This document shows positions 63,871 through 64,000 of a stretch of 64,000 bases of DNA, in pieces (the stretch's first letter is position 1; each line of letters starts with the position of its first letter). A program made the position numbers and the translations under genes. The notes under the pieces are model-generated. The model had not been told where the DNA came from. It made no database searches and saw nothing but the letters and a program-made list of their open reading frames with translations. The DNA lies in the NCBI GenBank assembly GCA_020137815.1, contig CM035358.1, positions 7,068,001 to 7,132,000 on the forward strand. Reading direction: 5' to 3'. Source of the stretch: Hormiphora californensis (lineage: Eukaryota; Animalia; Ctenophora).

Positions 63871-64000
63871 AGGCAGCACAAATTTACCCCATATTTACAT
63901 AGAAAATTTAGTCTCATTTTATGCAATATCAGTTTTACTTTTCCGGCTATTATATTCGAAGAAGTATTCCAAACACGAATATGAAGGAAATAAACAAATT

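Overview
Intron-rich animal genomic DNA, not prokaryotic. From recall, the dispersed repeat translating as QPIRTRYLGHVTGYQPIRDQYF and the 'IPWD...LPVQPP..KIWT..KTET...DTASDFYR' domain point to a ctenophore (Pleurobrachia-like); this is inference, not a search result. Genes rebuilt by hand from GT-AG junctions: the 5' end of a PDZ protein (minus strand, runs off the left edge); two tandem alpha-arrestins, the second with a +1 frameshift; a PAN/apple membrane protein probably nested antisense in an unknown multi-exon gene; a CEP350-like (DUF4378 C-terminus) gene; a small unknown gene; and a tandem pair of secreted-protein genes. The rest is dense mobile DNA with readable target-site signatures: TA-flanked palindromic MITEs, 8-bp-TSD hAT-like elements from 42 bp to 1.4 kb, a 9-bp-TSD foldback, two Helitron families including a head-to-tail dimer, and an RT-RNase H LINE with a non-coding relative. 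The most notable patterns are (1) tandem repeats that amplify splice signals and RFX X-box motifs, (2) a 31-bp satellite containing a MITE terminus, (3) a gene duplication whose breakpoint is exactly a hAT terminus, (4) a giant palindrome carrying four nested insertions, and (5) a mobile CCAAT/E-box module. No autonomous DNA transposase, CRISPR array or rRNA gene was seen. Most ORF-track entries are repeat artefacts.
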